From NCBI GenBank assembly GCA_963666345.1, contig OY762721.1, positions 2,496,001-2,560,000 of the forward strand: a stretch of 64,000 nucleotides of DNA. The letters run 5' to 3'. Within the stretch, counting starts at the first letter, position 1; each line of letters begins with the position of its first letter. Positions 60,109 through 64,000 of this stretch are shown in pieces. The notes beneath the pieces were generated by a model. That model searched no databases. It worked only from the letters and a program-made list of their open reading frames with translations, and had not been told where the DNA came from. The translations under genes were made by a program, and so were the position numbers. The stretch comes from Desulfatiglandales bacterium. GTDB lineage: Bacteria > Desulfobacterota > DSM-4660 > Desulfatiglandales > Desulfatiglandaceae.

Positions 60109-61083
60109 ATGTACCTTCATGCGCCTCATAACGTGTCTTTTCTCTTGATCTCGAAGATCTTTGCGGGTGCACTATGTTTGCTTTTGATGACAGGCACAGG
60201 TTGCAGTCCGCAGGAGGGCGCGGAAGGCAGTGTGGCCCTTGAAGTGGGATCGAGAAGGATCCATCTGGGGGAGCTTAAAAAGGATATCTTATTCATAAGC
60301 GCCGGCGCCTGTTCGACAACAGGCATGGACGGTAAAATCCGGGAAAGGATCCTGAACCTGATAATTGAACATTATCTGGTGCTTGAATATGGAGACAGGA
60401 AGGGAATCCGCATAGATGAAAGGGAAATGCGGGACCTGTTGGATACCATTATGCTCGGCTATACAGCGGAATCCTTTAAAGAGGTGATGCTCAGAAATTG
60501 CGTTGACCGCGAAGAGTGGGAAGACAAGATAAGGGAAAAACTCCTCGTAGAAAAGGTCATTGAAGGGGTAACCGGAAATATCACCCCCCCCAGTTATAAC
60601 GAAATCAAGCGATATTTTGATGCTAATTGTGAGGAATTCAGATATCCGAGCATGGTCAGATTAAGACAGATATTAACGTCCACGGAAAAAGAGGCTGAAA
60701 AACTCCTGGATAGGATCAAAAACGGCGAAGGACTGGGAGAGCTTGCCAGATCGCATTCCATCGCACCTGAAGCGGAACGTGGGGGTGAAGTCGGATGGAT
60801 CGAAAGGGGCACACTGCCTGAAAAGATCGAGAATATGGTTTTTTCCATGAAGATCGGTGAAGTAAGCCGTGTGTTCAAAAGTGAATACGGTTATCACCTG
60901 TTTGAGGTGACCGGCTTTAAAGAGGCCGGCAGCAGGACGCTTTACGAGGTGATAGATGAAATAGAGAGGAGGCTTACGTCTGAGAGGCGTATCCAATTCT
61001 GCAGGGAATGGATCAAGGAACTGAGAGACAGTTATAGGGTGAAGGTTAACGGAGAGACCTTGAGAAGACTGGAGTTTTCATAA
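60109..61083 (+). CDS. Parvulin-type peptidylprolyl isomerase (SurA/PrsA-like lipoprotein)
   Basis: Lipobox-like 'GTGC'; 'LARSHSIAPEAERGGEVGW', 'SEYGYHL'. Confidence 0.85.
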   Translation: MYLHAPHNVSFLLISKIFAGALCLLLMTGTGCSPQEGAEGSVALEVGSRRIHLGELKKDILFISAGACSTTGMDGKIRERILNLIIEHYLVLEYGDRKGIRIDEREMRDLLDTIMLGYTAESFKEVMLRNCVDREEWEDKIREKLLVEKVIEGVTGNITPPSYNEIKRYFDANCEEFRYPSMVRLRQILTSTEKEAEKLLDRIKNGEGLGELARSHSIAPEAERGGEVGWIERGTLPEKIENMVFSMKIGEVSRVFKSEYGYHLFEVTGFKEAGSRTLYEVIDEIERRLTSERRIQFCREWIKELRDSYRVKVNGETLRRLEFS

Positions 61084-61084
61084 A

Positions 61085-62059
61085 ATGAAGCCATCAAGAT
61101 CGTTTTTGCATCTGTTATGCATATTGTTTATCCCCTTTTTCACTATGCCTTCTGTATCGGCCGAGGTGTGCAACAGGGTCGTCGCATTCGTAAACGGTGA
61201 TGTCGTAACGCTATACGAACTTAACCGCAGGATTAAACTGGCAACCGGAATCGAACCTTTTCAGATGAAGACGGAGGATAACGACGCCTATATCGAGACA
61301 CGCCGGAATGCCCTCGATCAGCTTATAGACGAAAAGATTGCCAAAGAGAAGACAAAAGAGCTGGGCATAGAGATATCGGAGAAGGAACTTGATGAAACAA
61401 TAGAAAGGATCAAAAAACAAAATTCTCTTACCCATGAGGACCTTCTTGAAGATCTCAGGAAAGAGGGCCTTACCATCAAAAAATACAGGCAAAACCTCAG
61501 GTCTGAAATCGAAAGGATGCGGCTTATAAACCGGGAGGTCAAGTCAAAGATAATTATCAGGGAGGAAAACGTATCCGACTACTATGACAGGCATAAATCC
61601 GATTTTTCAAAGGCCGAGAGGTTGCGCCTGGCTGCAATCTTCCTGAAGGCCAAGGGTCCATCCAGTGCAAATGGACCGGAAAACATGGAAGATAAGGTAC
61701 GGGAAATCTTAAGGCTGCTTGAACAGGGAATGGACTTCACGGCCTTAGCAATAAGGTTTTCCCAGGGTCCTGGTGCTGAAGAGGGAGGGGATCTCGGATA
61801 TTTCAAGTCTTCGCAACTCGATGGGCCGCTTACGGAAGTATTAGGCCGGATGAAGCCTGGAGAGGTGAGTGAACCAATAATGAGACCTTATGGAGTCCAG
61901 ATAATAAAATTATTGGAGAGGGAGTCGGGAACGGTCAAGCCTTTTAAAGAGGTGCGGGATGCCATCTACAGTATCCTTTACAAAGAAGAGGTCAACAAGA
62001 GATATCTGGCATGGATAAAGGAGCTGAGGGAAAAGGCCTATATAAAAATAATTTTCTGA
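61085..62059 (+). CDS. surA: SurA-like chaperone/PPIase
   Basis: 'NRVVAFVNGDVVTLYEL', 'FSQGPGAEEGGDLGYF', 'ELREKAYIKI'. Confidence 0.8.
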   Translation: MKPSRSFLHLLCILFIPFFTMPSVSAEVCNRVVAFVNGDVVTLYELNRRIKLATGIEPFQMKTEDNDAYIETRRNALDQLIDEKIAKEKTKELGIEISEKELDETIERIKKQNSLTHEDLLEDLRKEGLTIKKYRQNLRSEIERMRLINREVKSKIIIREENVSDYYDRHKSDFSKAERLRLAAIFLKAKGPSSANGPENMEDKVREILRLLEQGMDFTALAIRFSQGPGAEEGGDLGYFKSSQLDGPLTEVLGRMKPGEVSEPIMRPYGVQIIKLLERESGTVKPFKEVRDAIYSILYKEEVNKRYLAWIKELREKAYIKIIF

Positions 62060-62074
62060 TGGAAAATTCGCCTA

Positions 62075-63028
62075 ATGACCGAAAGAGATAGCCAAGCGGA
62101 CAATGAAAACGGGGAAAAGGAATTCCCCTCAGACAGCGGTATCGGGCTTCTTTTTAAAAAAAGGAGAGAAGAGCTGGGGCTGAGCCATGACCAGATCTCA
62201 GAGATGACCAGACTGAGGCCCCGTTTCCTTGCATGTATTGAAAAGGAGGAATGGGAGGGCCTTCCTTCGCCGGCTTTTGTGCCGGGTTTTATAAGGACTT
62301 ATGCTAGGGCCATAGGAATAGACGAGGATAGGGCTGTGGGACTCTATCAGGAGACCCCCACAGTGGAACTCAATCCTCTTAAACCACTTATAATGCCCGG
62401 AAGGAAAAGAAAAGGAAAATATCTTTTCGTCCTTTTATTAGCGGGGATAATAGCCTTTTCCTATTACTTCTGGAAAGAATACGATCACTCTTCCAAAAAT
62501 GTATCGAAACTGCCCGAAAAAGCGGTGGACCTGTCTTCAGAGATGAAAAGGGAGATTGGGATAACTGAAAATGAGGAAAGTCAGGTTAAGGGTGAATTGG
62601 TTGAAGAGAAAAAGCCTCCGGTTGTTAAAGAAATTAGTGATGAATCCGTACCAAAACCGCCGGAAGATATAATAGGGGCGGAAGCGGTCTCAGGACCTGA
62701 TGAACCCGCTCAGACTGAAAAGGACGTCATACCCCCTGAAGATACTGCAAAAGAGAAAGAGGGACAAAAATTCCTTCTCAAGGCAGATGTCAAGGAAAGG
62801 ACATGGGTTAAAATAAGGATAGATGGCCGTGAGCCGAAGGAGTATGTCTTTTCACCCGGGAGCCAGCCCGAATGGGAGGCAAAAGAAGGTTTTGAGCTGT
62901 TGATAGGCAATGCGGGGGGGCTTGATTTCATGCTCAACGGGGAGGAGATGAAAGATCTGGGGAATCCCGGTCAGGTGATAAGGTTGAAGTTCCCGGAAGA
63001 TTTTGAAAGGAGGGGTACAGATAATTAA
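62075..63028 (+). CDS. rodZ: RodZ-family HTH membrane protein
   Basis: N-terminal HTH 'KKRREELGLS...GFIRTYARAIG', TM, C-terminal DUF4115 'TWVKIRIDG...IGNAGG'. Confidence 0.85.
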   Translation: MTERDSQADNENGEKEFPSDSGIGLLFKKRREELGLSHDQISEMTRLRPRFLACIEKEEWEGLPSPAFVPGFIRTYARAIGIDEDRAVGLYQETPTVELNPLKPLIMPGRKRKGKYLFVLLLAGIIAFSYYFWKEYDHSSKNVSKLPEKAVDLSSEMKREIGITENEESQVKGELVEEKKPPVVKEISDESVPKPPEDIIGAEAVSGPDEPAQTEKDVIPPEDTAKEKEGQKFLLKADVKERTWVKIRIDGREPKEYVFSPGSQPEWEAKEGFELLIGNAGGLDFMLNGEEMKDLGNPGQVIRLKFPEDFERRGTDN

Positions 63029-63029
63029 A

Positions 63030-64000
63030 GTGGAAAATGCTATTAACATCCTTGAGCATAGAGGTTTTGTAGAACAGGTTACCGACAGAAAACTGGTCTC
63101 GGAACTGCTTGATTCACCCTGCTCCTGCTATATCGGATTTGATTCTACCGCAAAGAGCCTTCATGTGGGTCATCTTTTGCCGATCATGTCTCTTGTGCAC
63201 ATGCAGAGCTGCGGACACAGGCCGATTATAGTCATAGGCGGGGGCACGACCCTTATCGGTGATCCGAGCGGCAAGACGGAGTCTCGTCCACTTCTGTCAA
63301 GGGAAGAGATCGACGAGAATGCGGAGGCCCTGAAAAAGCAGCTTTCAAATTTCATAGATTTCAGCGACGGCAAGGCCCTTATGGTCAATAACGCCGACTG
63401 GCTTGTCGATCTTCGGTACATAGAGTTCCTTCGCGACATCGGCAGGCATTTCAGCGTTAACAGGATGCTGGCTGCCGAATCCTACAAGGCGCGGCTTGAA
63501 ACGGGGCTTAATTTCCTGGAGTTCAATTATATGCTTCTGCAGGCCTATGATTTTTGGTTCCTGTTCAAAAATTACGGCTGTCGCCTCCAGATGGGGGGTA
63601 ATGACCAGTGGGGGAATATCCTTGCAGGTGCGGATCTGACCAGGAGGCTTGAGGGGGAGGATATTTACGGCCTTACATTTCCATTACTTACGACCTCCTC
63701 CGGAATTAAGATGGGAAAGACTCATAAGGGTGCCGTATGGTTCGATCCGGAACTTACCTCGCCCTATGAATATTACCAGTTCTGGATAAACCAGGACGAT
63801 AGAGACATCCCTTTTTTTCTATCGATCTTTACGCTTCTGCCGATGGAGGAGATCAACAGGCTAGGCAAATTAAAAGATGAAAAAATAAGGGAGGCAAAAG
63901 AAATCCTTGCCTATGAGGCCACAAGCCTCTGCCATGGAAAGGAAAATGCCGACAGGGCGCGTGAGGCTTCAAAACGGCTCTTCGGGAAAAACAGTGAAGA
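63030..64000 (+). CDS. tyrS: Tyrosine--tRNA ligase, 3'-truncated by window edge (absent from ORF track)
   Basis: GTG start after GGAGG; 'YIGFDSTAKSLHVGH', 'GGGTTLIGDPSGK', 'LQAYDF', 'QMGGNDQWGNI', 'KMGKT'. Confidence 0.95.
   Translation, partial: MENAINILEHRGFVEQVTDRKLVSELLDSPCSCYIGFDSTAKSLHVGHLLPIMSLVHMQSCGHRPIIVIGGGTTLIGDPSGKTESRPLLSREEIDENAEALKKQLSNFIDFSDGKALMVNNADWLVDLRYIEFLRDIGRHFSVNRMLAAESYKARLETGLNFLEFNYMLLQAYDFWFLFKNYGCRLQMGGNDQWGNILAGADLTRRLEGEDIYGLTFPLLTTSSGIKMGKTHKGAVWFDPELTSPYEYYQFWINQDDRDIPFFLSIFTLLPMEEINRLGKLKDEKIREAKEILAYEATSLCHGKENADRAREASKRLFGKNSE

Overview
64-kb window of an anaerobic deltaproteobacterial (Desulfobacterota-like) chromosome; the taxon is inferred from gene content only. 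Bases 1-6.9 kb hold an FmdE-like gene and DUF3842, a minus-strand selenium-metabolism operon (yedE-yedF-DUF3343-ribokinase-fold gene), a CitE-like lyase and an MFS gene. Bases 6.9-17.9 kb form an AT-richer accessory block abutting the 3' end of tRNA-fMet. It holds an XRE-ImmA/IrrE fusion with a truncated MazF, IS21/IS3 end remnants, and a TetR-SulP-phosphorelay operon. Bases 18-64 kb are mostly housekeeping genes (xerD, pepP-like, RNase II, an orphan EF-G paralog, moaA, priA, plsC, mtgA, mazG, double-length uvrA, an HcpR-like Crp/Fnr locus, ftsH-folP-coaX, mfd, two PPIases, rodZ, tyrS) with several MITE-like repeats. The leading hypothesis is a 19-codon leader ORF upstream of yedE with two in-frame UGA codons (U-x-x-U) and tandem SECIS-like hairpins, a candidate selenocysteine-sensing attenuator. 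Next are an HTH-IrrE protein carrying an antitoxin-like tail coupled to mazF, and a SulP-linked phosphorelay with a ChpT-like pseudokinase. All family calls are by motif recognition; no database searches were run.
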